Source: Octopus sinensis (Eukaryota). From it: a stretch of DNA of 64,000 nt. Below the pieces are notes generated by a model, which was given only the letters and a program-made list of their open reading frames with translations, ran no database searches and was not told where the DNA came from. Below are positions 1-30,010 of the stretch, in pieces. The position numbers were made by a program, and so were the translations under genes. The stretch covers positions 15,747,360-15,811,359 of the forward strand of contig NC_043019.1 in assembly GCF_006345805.1 (NCBI RefSeq), written 5' to 3'. Numbering within the stretch: position 1 is the first letter of the stretch; each line of letters begins with the position of its first letter.

Positions 1-737
1 GCAAAGCAGGGTAGGTTGACCCCACTGATGATTGGAAATGAGTAACTCCGAGGACTGGAAATTGGAGACTTTCAATTATAATGTGTGTGTGTGTGTATGA
101 ATGAATGAGTGGTGTGTGGTCTAGTGAATAGGTTATTGGTCACATCGTAATAAGATTGTTGGTTTAATTCTAGGGCTGGGTGACCTTGAGCAAAGCACTC
201 CACTTTGCCTTGTTGCTAAGTATTTAGCTGTAAATGAGTATCAGCTGAGTGTAGTTCTCCCCCTCTCTCTCTTTTTCTGTCTCTCCAGATGCCCTTCGGG
301 GTAACATGTAGGAGGGGCCAAGAGGGTGCAAATGGATCGTTCAGGACTGGATTGGCACCCAAAACATTTAGCAGAAGCATGATATATGCTAAATGCGTGT
401 GTGTAAATGTGGAATCTGATATTTTGACATGACACAACAGGACTCTGGTTTCAACAACCACTGAGTCAAGGCTTCTCTGCCCACCACTTCCTACCCATAC
501 ACCCTGCACACTCAACATCAATCACAGAGACCCTAACAGAAGGACAGGGGTTGGAGAGGGTCGGGATAAATGGTGTTGTCCCCATTCCTCTCACTAGAAC
601 TGAAATAAATTTAGTTTCACCAGAAGAAAGTATTATCAAACACACAACTTGTCTAACTTTAAAAAAAAACCCCACCACCGCTCATTAACTCATGTTGCTG
701 CCATTGCCTCTCTTTCCACGACAATTATGATTGCACT

Positions 738-768
<31 letters not shown>

Positions 769-862
769 CACACATTTACACAGCTACTTTATATTTGTGC
801 TTCAAAAATACTGGGTCAGTCATTTAGGATTGGTTTTTAAACTTCTGTTGAAAGGATTGTGA

Positions 863-923
<61 letters not shown>

Positions 924-3639
924 TATGTGTGTGTGTGTATCAACAAAGTTGTTTTCATTCTTCAATGACATATGATTGTTTAGGAAATATTTTTGATAAG
1001 AACTTCATCATTTTTTTTTTCCTCTCTTTCTTTCACAAAACAATTTTGTTATGAAAATAATAAAGGCCCCCCCATTTAGTTTGTTTGTTTTATCATTTAC
1101 ATTTGATTTGTTTCAGTTGTGAGACTTTGGCCATGCCAGAGCACTGCCTTGGAGAATTTTTAATCAAATAATTGCCCCATCCCTCCCGGTACTCATCTTT
1201 TTAAAGGCTGGTACTTACTCTATCAGTCTCTTCTGCTGAACGGCTAAGTTACGGGGACGTAAACACACCAACACCAGTTTGTCAAGTGGTGATGAGGGAC
1301 AAACACACATACATATGATGGGCTTCATTCAGTTTCCATCTACCATATCCACTCTCAAGGTTTTGGTCTGCTTGAGGTGCCACGCCTGTTTTTTAGTTTT
1401 AATTTCTTTAGTCTTGGTTCCCAATGTTTGACTCGTTTATTACTGTAACTATTACAAAAATTGTTACCCAGGCATGGTTGTGTGGTTGAGAAGCTCTCTT
1501 TGCAACCACATGGTTTCAGGTTCAGTCCTACAACACAGCATCTAGGACAAATATCTCTTACTATATAGCCCCAGGCCAACAAATGCCTTGTGGAGTTGTA
1601 AGTGAATTTGGTTGACAGAAACTCTATAGTAGATGTGTGTGCATGTGTTTTGTGTGTGTATAGGTTTTAAGCAACTGAATGGGAAAGATCTGCAAACAGA
1701 TCTCTGACTTGTTTTGTTGAATTTGTTGCAATTGCTTCCTCCAGAGTCATATCCCAATGAGGATCATATTCGCTGCAAGAAAAATCATGTAAAACAAAAA
1801 AAAGATCGCTGAAAAGATAGGAATCCAAAATTTCAGGATTGCAGATCCGGATTCGGCCTGGAATGTTTTTAATTTACTCACGGAGTCAGCCTGATTCAAA
1901 AATGGTATGATATGTTCGGCTACAGCCTCTAGGAGTAAAGTTGAAAAAGTGTGACACACTGACATTCACATTTATTAGATATGTTTAATTTTGGGGGAAC
2001 TTTATTTCAGCTAAAATGTATTTTATATATATGTGTGTGTGTGTGTGTGTGTATGTACTAAAGAAAGCAATAAATAAAACAAAAATGAGTGTTCAGTATG
2101 TTGGTGACAGGAATTTCTGTCAAAGAGACATGGTTAAACAAAGTTGTACATCATCTCCCTCCTTCTCTCTTTTATTATTACTCTCACTGCCACCATCAAT
2201 ACTACAACTTTTAATAAAACATCAACTCTCCCTAAATTTCTTTCTCTCTCTCTGTCACCGCCTCTATGCCTACTATTACTCTCACACCATCATGAGGAAT
2301 AGTAGGAGTATCATTGAATAGTGAGTGAGGGGTTCTAAGTGTGACACACTGACACAGAAATTAGTTTGCACATTTATTATCATCATCATCATCATTTAAT
2401 GTCTGATCCATGCTAGCATGGGTGGGACAGTACCATAAAAGCTGGCCAGGCTGATGCCTGCACCAGACTTCTGTGACTGTTTCAGCAGGACTTTTACAGC
2501 TGGATGCCCTTCCTCACATCAACCACCTCTTTGCTACTTCAGACTCCCCAACCATGTCATCCCTCCCTATTGCACCCTTTGACAACTGTATCGTCTTTAC
2601 TACACCTGCCTCCCCCAGTTTGTGGATCCTTACTCATCCACCCTCTGAGCCTGCCCATTTTTTTCCCTAATCCTCTCATTATTCTCATACAATCTTGCAA
2701 ACCAATTCAACTCATCTTGTGCCTTGTGGGGGTCACCTAGGCATCTCATCACCGTCTTGCAGCCCCTATTCTTCATTTTTCTCTTTCTCCCCTAATAGAT
2801 GTTAGTAGTCATGAAGATCCTCCACATAAACCTGTCCTGTTGCCCCTTTATCTTATTATAGTTCAATCCCTTGCCCCTTTAGAATGAAATTGACTTTCTT
2901 CCCAGGGTTTGTATCTCTGTGTGTTGCCCAGTGACACTGAAAAAAGCACCTAGTCCATGCTGTAATGTGGTTGACATTAGGAATGACATGCAACCATAGA
3001 AACCATGCCAAAACTGACCCTGGAGCATGATGCAGTCCTTAGACCCCTTTGGATCTTGTCAAACTGGGTAACCCATGCCAGCATGGAATGTGGATGTTAA
3101 GTGATGACACGTACATGATTGTATGTATGTGTGTGTGTCATTGTCTGTCTCCTCTGTTCGACAACCAGTGTTGGTTTGTTTATGTCACAGTAACTTCATA
3201 GTTTAGCAAAAATAAGTATTGGGGTCACTTTATTTGACTAAACTCTTCATGGTAGTGCTCCAGCATGGCTGTAATCCAATGACTGAGAGGTAAAAAACAT
3301 AGTGTATCTTGGAGTATATAATTCAATGCATACCTTTCTATTTACAATGGTAAGGTGTGAATTGATGGAGAATTTGCTGCTATTTCTAGCATTTCAAGTG
3401 ATGTTGCTGACATACAAGCTACCTCACGGTTGACAGAAGCTGTATGGGTCGGGGGAGGAGTGTGCAGCAGCATGAGTTAAGGAGTGGGGCTAAGTTGTGT
3501 GTTTAGTGCCGTCTTCTGACCGAGCTCCATTTGTTGCTCATGTTGAGGTTATGTGAGAAGGAAGAAGCTTTGACTCATTGGTTGCTGAGTGGAGAAATAG
3601 TCATGTGTTAAGATATCAGACTTCAGGCAGACATTTATA

Positions 3640-5109
3640 CTGGGTCTTCCCATAAATAATGCAGCTTTTTTTCATACTTCTATCATTTAAAAAAAATAAA
3701 GATGAATTTCTTTTTTGATCTAAAATATACTCTCCTTCATTTTCTACAATGCCCTTCCATCTGTCTGGTAGATTCGCAAGGCCCCTCTTCCAAAATTCAC
3801 TTATCTGTGATGAAAAATATTCCTCCAGAACTGTTCTGATCTTGTCTAAAGAATTCATATTTTTTCTGTCTAAATGATTCCAAACACTGCAGAATAAATG
3901 ATAATCAGATGGGGCTAGGTATGGTGAATATGGTGGGTGGGGCACTGTTTCCCATTGAAACTGCTCCAGCTTTTGGAATGTCATCCTCACTATATGTGGC
4001 CGAGCATTATCATGATGGAAAAACACCTTTCGTCTTGGAACCAAAGATGGTTGTTTTTCTTCTAGCACTCACTTAAGCTGCTCACAGTAGATCTCCTTTG
4101 TTATCGTTTGGTTTGGGTTTAAAAGTTGAACTTTTAAACCTTTCACATCCCACCAAACAGATAACAACACCTTATGTGGATGAAGACCTTTAGCCTGGGG
4201 TGCCGGTGTTTCTCCTTTCCCTACCCAGTCTTCGGCGTTTCACATTTTTATAGAGAACCCATTTCTCATCACCAGTCACTATTTGGTCCAAAAAGGTTCA
4301 TTTGTGAGATGTGACAGCAAAGAAGAGCACACATTCACTCTCTGCATGCAATTAGACTTGGAAAGTTTGCAAGGAACCTATTGGCCGAATTTGCTGACTT
4401 TTCTGATGGCACACAAGAGTTGATCAATGGTTAACTGACCAAATCCAAGCTTCTCTGTGAGTTCCTCAACAGTTACAATGGGATTTTGTCCCACCAGGGT
4501 TTGCAGGACATCCTTGTCGAGCTCTACATATCTTCCAAGACAAGGCTCGTCTTCTAGGCTGTAATTTCCAGCTTGGAATTTCTGGAACTACCATTGTCAC
4601 TGGTTTACGTTTATTGTCCATATACTGCATTAATATTCCTTGCACTTTCCATTGTGTTGTTGCATTTATTGAACTCATAAAGCAAAATATGCTCCTTTGT
4701 CACTTCCATTATAGCTATGAAAAAAATAACTGTTAAAATCAAACTGCACTCTTCAAAACTTGTACCAAGAATAAGTACAAGGTAAAATTACTACCTGCTT
4801 TTATAGCCAATTGATGCAGGTAGTTTATCCCATGCTCTACCTGAGAGTGCTCCTGGTTTTGTGATACAAATTCTTTGTTTTAAATTAAAATTTTCCACCA
4901 ATAATTCCTGTTCATTTATGTCCCAAACACCAGCTTCATAATGACAAAGTTATTTTACCAAATTCTTCATTATTTTCAAAATAAGTCAAAACAACTTTTA
5001 TTACCATATTTCAGTAGAAATATGGTAATAAAAATCTTTAAATCCTAACCCTAACCCTAACCCTTCACAGCCATTCCATCACCCAATTTATGGGATTTGT
5101 ACAACAGAG
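3640..5109 (-). mobile_element. Decayed near-full-length mariner (DD34D) transposon with a nested MITE
   Basis: Transposase remnant from ATG 4709 to about 3716: MEVTKEHILLYEFNK..., QWWFQKFQAGNYSLEDEP, IVTGDEKWVLY, VWWD, HHDNARPH, YSPYLAPSDY (34 residues between the 2nd and 3rd D). Frameshifts and stops are present. Left end TA|CTGGGTCTTCCCATAAAT; degenerate inverted match ATTTATGGGA..CAACAGAG|TA ends at 5109. Confidence 0.88.
4830..5045. mobile_element. AT-rich MITE-like repeat; related copies near 5735-5915, 20940-21070, 21590-21680, 52080-52190
   Basis: Recurring core AATTTATGTTCCAAACACCAGCTTAATAATGACAAAGTTATTTTAC...TTCTTCATTATTTTCAAAAT across the window. Confidence 0.6.
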
Positions 5110-5547
5110 TATATTTAAGCTATCATCATCAATTTAACGTCTACTTTTTCCATGTTTGCATGGGTCAGACGGAATTAATTGAAGCAGTTCTTCTCTGGCC
5201 GGGAGGCCCTCCCTGTCACCAACCCTCACCTGTCTCCAAGTATGCTAATATTTGCCCATGGCCAAACACATTTTTGCCAAATATTGGAAATGAATGACAA
5301 TGTCAACAATTTTACAACTCTATCATGCAATGTCAAATTAAGGAGACACAAACACACACATGTATGGTAGGCTTCTTTCAGTTTCCATCTACCAAATTTG
5401 CTTACAAGTCATTCATTAGCCCAGGAATTATAGTAGAAGACACTTGAATAAGGTGCCAAGCAGAGGGACTGAACTGAAAACCCTGTGGTTGAAAAGCAAA
5501 GTTTGTAAGCACCCAACCCTAACTCTATGTCTGTCTGTCTTTTGCAG

Positions 5548-23473
<17,926 letters not shown>

Positions 23474-23706
23474 AAACATAAATCTATATATATATATATG
23501 ATGCTTCAACTTTACTTCCATCCTTTAAAATGTTAAAAAAAAATGTATGAAGGATGAACCAGAAGAGCCATAAATTGATATGGTTAAAAAAAAAAGGTCT
23601 AAGTATCACATAATAAGTGTATAGTGCTCACGTGCACTACAACATGTATGTGTACTTACACATATTGTGTGTGTGTGAGTGTGTATGTATATATGTATAC
23701 ATACAG

Positions 23707-23836
23707 TTATTATTCTTAAATGAGAATATTGTTGACAGACAGTGACTTTGAAGTTTAGCCAACTAACAACTGAGATGGTTTAGCCGACTGAAATTTCAAA
23801 GTCACTGTCAAAAATATTCTTATATAAAAATAATAA
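23707..23836. repeat. Inverted repeat (about 50-bp arms) downstream of the WDR13 stop
   Basis: TTATTATTCTTAAATGAGAATATTGTTGACAG(ACAG)TGACTTTGAAGTTT pairs with AAATTTCAAAGTCACTGTCAAAAATATTCTTATATAAAAATAATAA. Confidence 0.8.
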
Positions 23837-23837
23837 A
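23832..23837 (+). promoter_or_regulatory. Candidate WDR13 polyadenylation signal (first AATAAA after the stop; a second at 23906-23911)
   Basis: I saw no AATAAA or ATTAAA between 23474 and 23831. Usage is inferred, not shown. Confidence 0.45.
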
Positions 23838-24650
23838 TTTGTACTCTACAAATGTATAGAGTAACCCATCAGATTAATGCAAAATTGTTTTTATTGTAAC
23901 TGAACAATAAAAACAAACATTAATTATACACACATTGAAAAACACATTCCCACGTGTATTCCTGTATATTCAAAAGAATATTAATATTTATAAATATTGA
24001 GAATAAGTCACTCACCTTGACAACATTAAATCATTTTATATTTAAAAGACTTCATGGTTGTTCTGTTGTAAATAATGATTGATAATAATAAAAATATATT
24101 TAAATTGTAGCAATTGTTGACCTGAGTTTTTAATTAAATTTGACTGGATTTGAAACCTCAGACCTTTCGTTTCGAAACTAAATGTTTATCATTATCATTT
24201 GATGTGTGCTTTCTGTGCTGGCATGGGTTGGATGGTTGCACCATTTCTATGGTTGGATAAGGTTACATCAACCACCTCACAGAGTGTACTGGAGGCTTTT
24301 TTACATGCCACAGGCATTAGTGGGATTGCCATGGAACTTGCAAGGCAGAAATGAACAGAGAAAAAGGAAAATAGGTGAAGCCCCCACTATTAAGAGGAAG
24401 TACTTGAGAGGGGAAGATAAGATAGTCTTAATTTAGAAACAGAACTTCCTAGTTCAAATCTATCTCTGGAGGTTCACATACAGAATAAGATATTTTAAAC
24501 TTTGCAATTCCTGAAGGACAACCCAATAGATCTACAGACTATCACCATCATCATCACCAGTAGTCTTATGTGTCAATATGGCTTCAAAATTTTACTTTAC
24601 ATATGAATAATCAGAAATTTATAATTTAAAAGATAACCAGAAATATTTAC

Positions 24651-24711
24651 ATCTACACAACATGTCAGTTGGTTTGATCAGAGCTCAAACCAACTGATAT
24701 GTAGTGTAGAC
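24651..24711. repeat. 61-nt hairpin (27-bp arms, 7-nt loop)
   Basis: ATCTACACAACATGTCAGTTGGTTTGA-TCAGAGC-TCAAACCAACTGATATGTAGTGTAGAC; 3 differences, one of them G-U compatible on +. Confidence 0.85.
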
Positions 24712-24793
24712 ATAGATACTTAGAAGAAGGTTTTATCTCTAAAAATGAACTTTTCTACATGAGATGCTGTAGCTGGTCTATGGGACCTAGAAG

Positions 24794-25140
24794 GGCAGTT
24801 GGAGTGGCTGTGTGGTAAGTAGCTTTCTTACCAACCACATGTTTCCAGGTTCAATCCCACTACGTGGCACCTTGGGCAAGTGTCTTCTACTAAAGCCTTG
24901 TGAGTGGATTTGGTAAACTGAAACTGAAAGAAGCCCGTCGTATATATGTATGTGTGTGTTTGTGTCTGTCCCCCCAATATCACTTGACAACCGATGCTGG
25001 TGTGTTTACATCCCCATAACTTAGCGGTTTAGCAAAAGAGACCGATAGAATAAGTCCTGGGGTCGATTTGATCGACTAAAGGCGGTGCTCCAGCATGGCC
25101 ACAGTCAAACGACTGAATCAAGTAAAACAGAAAAAAAAGA
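24794..25140 (+). mobile_element. tRNA-derived SINE family A, near full length (other copies e.g. 34609-34976 +, 26681-27012 -, 1480-1660 +, 18520-18832 -, 28045-28205 -, 48681-48862 +, 49250-49380 -)
   Basis: A-box-like TGGCTGTGTGG (24805), B-box GGTTCAATCCC (24848), body GGCACCTTGGGCAAGTGTCTTCTAC...GAAACTGAAAGAAGCCCG, internal TA/TG microsatellite and tail GACTGAAACAAGTAAAAG, repeated many times in the window. Confidence 0.85.
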
Positions 25141-26316
25141 GTGTGTGTGTATATATATATATATATAAAGTATCAATCCACCCCAATGCCCCTTGAGGGT
25201 ATGTCCTGACATTTCTCACACTGTTGCTCGCTTTATCTTACTCTCTAACCCACCCTCCTTTTACAACTAGAGCATCCATGTATCTACTCTACATCAGGAC
25301 AACTACTGCCATCCCTCTATACCTATAATTGCTCGTCAACTGGGGCAAAACCACCACTATGTTACTTGGTGACCCTGTCACTGATGGTGCCATGTGAAAA
25401 GCAATGGTGCTGGTGCCATGTATATAAGGCACTCAATACACTCTGCAAAGCGGTTGGCATTAGGAAGGGCATCCAGCCATAGAAACCATGCCAAAACAGA
25501 CAATTGGAGCCAGGTGTGGTCCCTTGCCTTACCAGTTCCTGTCAAACTATCTAACTCATGCCAGCATAGAAAACAGATATTAAATGATGGAGTGTATGTG
25601 TGTGTGTCCTTGTCTTAACATTGTGTGATGGTTGTAAGTGAGTGTCACAGCCAAGCAGTGTCACTCATTTCCAGTATTCTGTGAAAACATGTCTGGCCAT
25701 GAGGAGCAATTAGCCTGCTTTGAAACAGGTGAGTATTGGTGACAAGAAGGGCATCCATCCATAGAAAATCTGCCTCATTGAACTACATCCACTCAGTGTA
25801 AACATGGATAAATGGACAATGAATAGTTTATTTTTAAAGACAGATGAAAGCATTCTTTCTCTAGAGAGGAATAAAATAAATAAACGTGTGTGCAAGTTTA
25901 GTTTTGGAAAATATCTGTTGAGACTCAAAAATGTAGAAAGAATTTGTAACTTTCCTTATCAAACAACTGGTTCGGAATATCTGCTACATGATCAAGGACC
26001 TTTTTGGAGTTGAAAGGAAATGAAAAAAACCCCTACCTGAACATATGTTCACAAACAGAACTGGAAACCTATGCACTCTCTTGAAAGATGTTTCTACGCA
26101 TCTCATCACCAAACAGAAACTAAACAGAACTTCTACAAAATAATAAACCGAAATATCCTTAAGAAGATTAATGATTAACAATGTAAGTTGGTTAGAGAAC
26201 TCTGAGCACAAGATAGAACTGAACCTCACACAATACACACAGTGATTAGAAATATAATAATTACAATTAAAGTGGACATATAAACCAAACCTATTTAAAC
26301 CTAGAAGTAACGGTCA

Positions 26317-26617
26317 GCTCGTCAAGGGAGACAACTGCAGTAAGATTTCAAGAGTTGTTATTTGAGTGTCAGACAGTAGTTCAGTATTGCGCTGTTAAAA
26401 TCATCGTGTGTGTGACCTGACACAGAGCGAGAGAGAAGTACAGTTAATAACAGTTGTTATTTTAATATATTGGTACCAACACATCGTAAATTATAATGGA
26501 TGAAGAAAACCGAATGCATTTTTGTTTATATTGCAGAGCAGGCGGAGTAAGCGAGAATTCACTAAACGAAGAACAATTAATCTCGCTACCGAAGTACAGT
26601 TGTCTCCCTTGACCAGC
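26317..26617. mobile_element. MITE-like element bounded by 21-bp inverted repeats
   Basis: GCTCGTCAAGGGAGACAACTG (26317-26337) vs CAGTTGTCTCCCTTGACCAGC (26597-26617), 20/21 match. No TSD seen; superfamily unassigned. Confidence 0.65.
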
Positions 26618-26680
26618 CAAGCATTATTTTGTTAACGGGGATTCAAAAGGCCTTTTAGCAATTAAAGGCTATATAATATT

Positions 26681-27012
26681 CTTTTATGGTTTGACTGTAG
26701 CCATGCTGGAGCACCGCCTTGTAGGGTTTTAGTCAAAGAAATCGACCCCAAGACTTATTCTTTGTAAGCGTCGTACTTATTCTATCGGCCAGTTTTACTG
26801 AACCGATAAGCTACGGGGGACAAACACAGACACACATAAATACATATATACACAAGCTTCTTTCAGTTTCGTCTACCAAATCCACTCACAAGGCTTTGAT
26901 TGACTCGAAGCTATAGTAGAAGACACTTGGCCAAGGTGCCACGCAGTGGGACTGAACCCGGAGCCATGTGGTTGGCAAGCAAGCTTCTTACCACACAGCT
27001 ACGCCTGCGCCT
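26681..27012 (-). mobile_element. SINE family A
   Basis: Reverse complement of the family A consensus, with CpGs largely retained. Confidence 0.85.
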
Positions 27013-27580
27013 TGTTAATATTTTGTTAGGGATATATTTTGAGTTATATATTGTCTTATCTTTTATGCGTTCTATTTGTTTGTTTTTTGTCCTAAATATG
27101 GTACAAATCTTGTTCAGTTGTCTGGGCATCCCGAGTTCAACTGCCAGAGGTGCCCAGGCAGCTGGTATTATGGAAAATAGAGCCACAGACTGATCAGCAA
27201 AGCTGGAATCCCTGGGCTAAGAGAATGCAGTGGAGAGGTAAGTGGAGGTTGTAGTGAGGAGTGTGGGAGGGACAAAGAGATGGAGAGATGAGATGTGCTT
27301 CGGAATGTGTCACTGGCCTTGGTTACAAGCCAGTTTAGATTAGAAATGAAGGGGATTTTGAATCACTTGGTGCATTGTGGATATGGGTCAATTTGTTTCA
27401 GTCGTTTGACTGCAGCTACACTGGAGCACACCTTTAGTCAAACAAATAAACTCCAGGACTTATCCTTTGTAAACCTAGTACTTATTCTATCGGTCTCTTT
27501 TGCCGAACCACTACGTTACAGGGATGTAAACACACTAGCATCGGTTGTCAAGCGATAGTGGAGGGAGAGAACACAGTCAG

Positions 27581-27613
<33 letters not shown>

Positions 27614-29160
27614 CATATAAAAGGGATGACCTGTAAGTGGACATCCGTTATGCTAGAAGATCCGCTATGGTCTTACCACTAAAAAGAAATGTTCTCAAGA
27701 AAATTTAGCAAATGCCAGAACGTAAGCGAGCAAGATAAATGAAAAATTACAAAATATAGACTAATCACAAACCAAGTTTCATTGTTAATGTATTACGTAA
27801 TCATCCGCAAACTCGACAGTGTGATCGTCTTAGAAACTATTATTTGCAGAACTATACACGAGACGTCCGCATGAGATTGAACATGTATACAGTCCTACCA
27901 ATTACAATTAGAGTCAATTTTCAAAACCCTTCGTTTTTGCCACACTACCAAAAATATTTCAGCAGAAAATAATTCTCTGCAGTGAATTTTGCCAGTTAGA
28001 GAACATAGCTATTTAAATTTACCCTTATTATTTTAAATTATATATGATGGGCTTCTTTCAGTTCCCGTCTACCAAATCTATTCACAAGGCTTTGGTCAGC
28101 CCGAGGCTATAGTAGAAGACACTTGCTCAAGGTGTCATGCAGTGGGACTGAAACTGCAACCATGTGGTTGATAAGCAAGCTACTTATCACACAGCCACTC
28201 TTGCACCTACTAATAATAGTTTCAAATCTTAGCAAAGGGCCATTCAGGGGTTAGTAGCGTAGTCAGTTACATTGACCCCAGTACTTGACAGTAATCAATA
28301 CTGAAGGGATGAATAGCAAAGTCGACCTCAGAGGAATTTGAACCCTGGAAAGTAAAGAGCTGGAAGAAATTCCAAGCATTCTGTCCAATGTGCTAATACT
28401 CCTACCACCTCACCAACTTCAAGTAACAAATAATAATAATTCTTTCTAATTTTGGCACAAGGGCAGCAATTTTGAGGGGAGGGGCAAGTTGATTACTCTC
28501 TCTCTCTCTCTGCCAGATAACCGTGACCTCCTCTAAAGCAAGACACTGGTTTCTGCCTCTCTGTCACACTAACTTTTCATCATCTGATGCAAGATCACCT
28601 CCTCCAATGTCCCCTCTCCTCTCAAAAGTTACTTGGTGACCCCGCCAGTGCTGGTACCACATGAAAAGTATCCAATCCATGCTGTGAAGTGGCTTGCATA
28701 TAGAAGGGCATCCAGCTGTAAAAATCAGGCCAAAACTAACCTTGTCTATGCTGGTGCCACATAATAAGCAATCAGTCCACTCTACAGGGTAGCTGGTGTT
28801 CAGGAAGGCATCCCGCCATAAAAACCATAACCATGCCAAAAGAGATACAGTAGCCTGGTGTAGCCTTGTACCTGGCTGGCTCCTGTCAAAACTGTCCAGC
28901 GCATGCTAGCATGGAAGGTGGACGTTAAATGATGAATATAAAGTATCATCAGAAATGCCACGAAGCATTTTGTCCAACAAGCAAATGGTTCTGCCAGCTT
29001 GTTGCATTCAGGTATCTAATAAAAATAATAATAATTGTGGCTTACATAAAGAAGTTGGCGATTCTTGATTTAAAGGGGTTAACCAAAACAAAATGTTAAG
29101 AGAAATTTCAATGTTTGATATGGTGGTCTCCCAGGTAGAATGGTAGGGAGTTCTCTTCCA

Positions 29161-29480
29161 AACAATATCTCTGAGCACCTTTTCAAACTCCACCCGTGGA
29201 CATATTTACAAAGTCAGAAAACAGCACAGCTCCCATGACTTTAGGAAACATTTTTTCATGCTGAGAGTTGCTGAAGCATGGAACAAACTGCCGGCATCAG
29301 TTGTTAGTTGTCGGAACACTGCATCCTTCAAAACTTCCATGCTTCCTGTCGCCAACACTACACCTGATTTTCTCCCCTCCATACACACAAGCAAGCATGT
29401 ATCTGCCTCATACATTGTTCACTTTCCAGACATTTGTACATTACTGCATACACTTTATACAATAATTTCATTATTATTAT
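29161..29480 (+). mobile_element. CR1/L2-clade LINE 3' end (ORF2 C-terminus plus 3' UTR)
   Basis: TRGHIYKVRKQHSSHDFRKHFFMLRVAEAWNKLPASVVSCRNTASFKTS fits the CR1 terminal motif RGH..K....R..FF..RV...WN.LP..VV...S...FK; ends in an (ATT)n tail. Confidence 0.8.
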
Positions 29481-29955
29481 TTTTATATTGCGTGTGAAGT
29501 GCATTGACTAACCAGCTGGAGGAGAAGTACTCCGGGGGTTAAAGTAATATCAGCTGTTCTTATAGAACATCCATGTTTAGGTGGTGATAAACATTACTTC
29601 TGAGTATAAATGCTGCTTACATCTCTAATCGAAATTTCCTTAATGAGCTAGTTTTCTATTTTTATTTTAATTATATTTCTAATGAGTTGGTGAGCTGGCA
29701 GAATTGTTAACACAGAGGAAAAATTGCTTAGTAGCATTTTGTCCCACTTCACATTCTGAGTTCATCCCTTAGGTGGTGAGGTCAAAATAAGCAAGCTACT
29801 TACCACACAGCCACTCCTGTTCTTTGCAGTTGATGTTAAGCCCCAAGTTAACCCTGAGTAAACCTGTGTATGATCAAAAGTATTCCAGCCATGACCATTC
29901 CAGTTTATTTAGAATCACTTTGTCCTACACACATACACATTTATATTTATATATA

Positions 29956-30010
<55 letters not shown>

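Noticed and set aside
270-440. Strong acceptor-like tract (CTTTTTCTGTCTCTCCAG at 288) as an upstream WDR13 exon
   Set aside because: No frame gives the expected ENYAFAG..HIFDQH-type peptide, and two frames stop quickly.
5044-5064. (CCTAAC)3 interstitial telomeric repeat
   Set aside because: Only about three units at a MITE edge; too short to imply a chromosome-fusion scar.
24794-24860. tRNA genes at A-box/B-box sites (also 49170-49239 and others)
   Set aside because: No full cloverleaf. Each head continues into a repeated SINE body, so these are SINEs.
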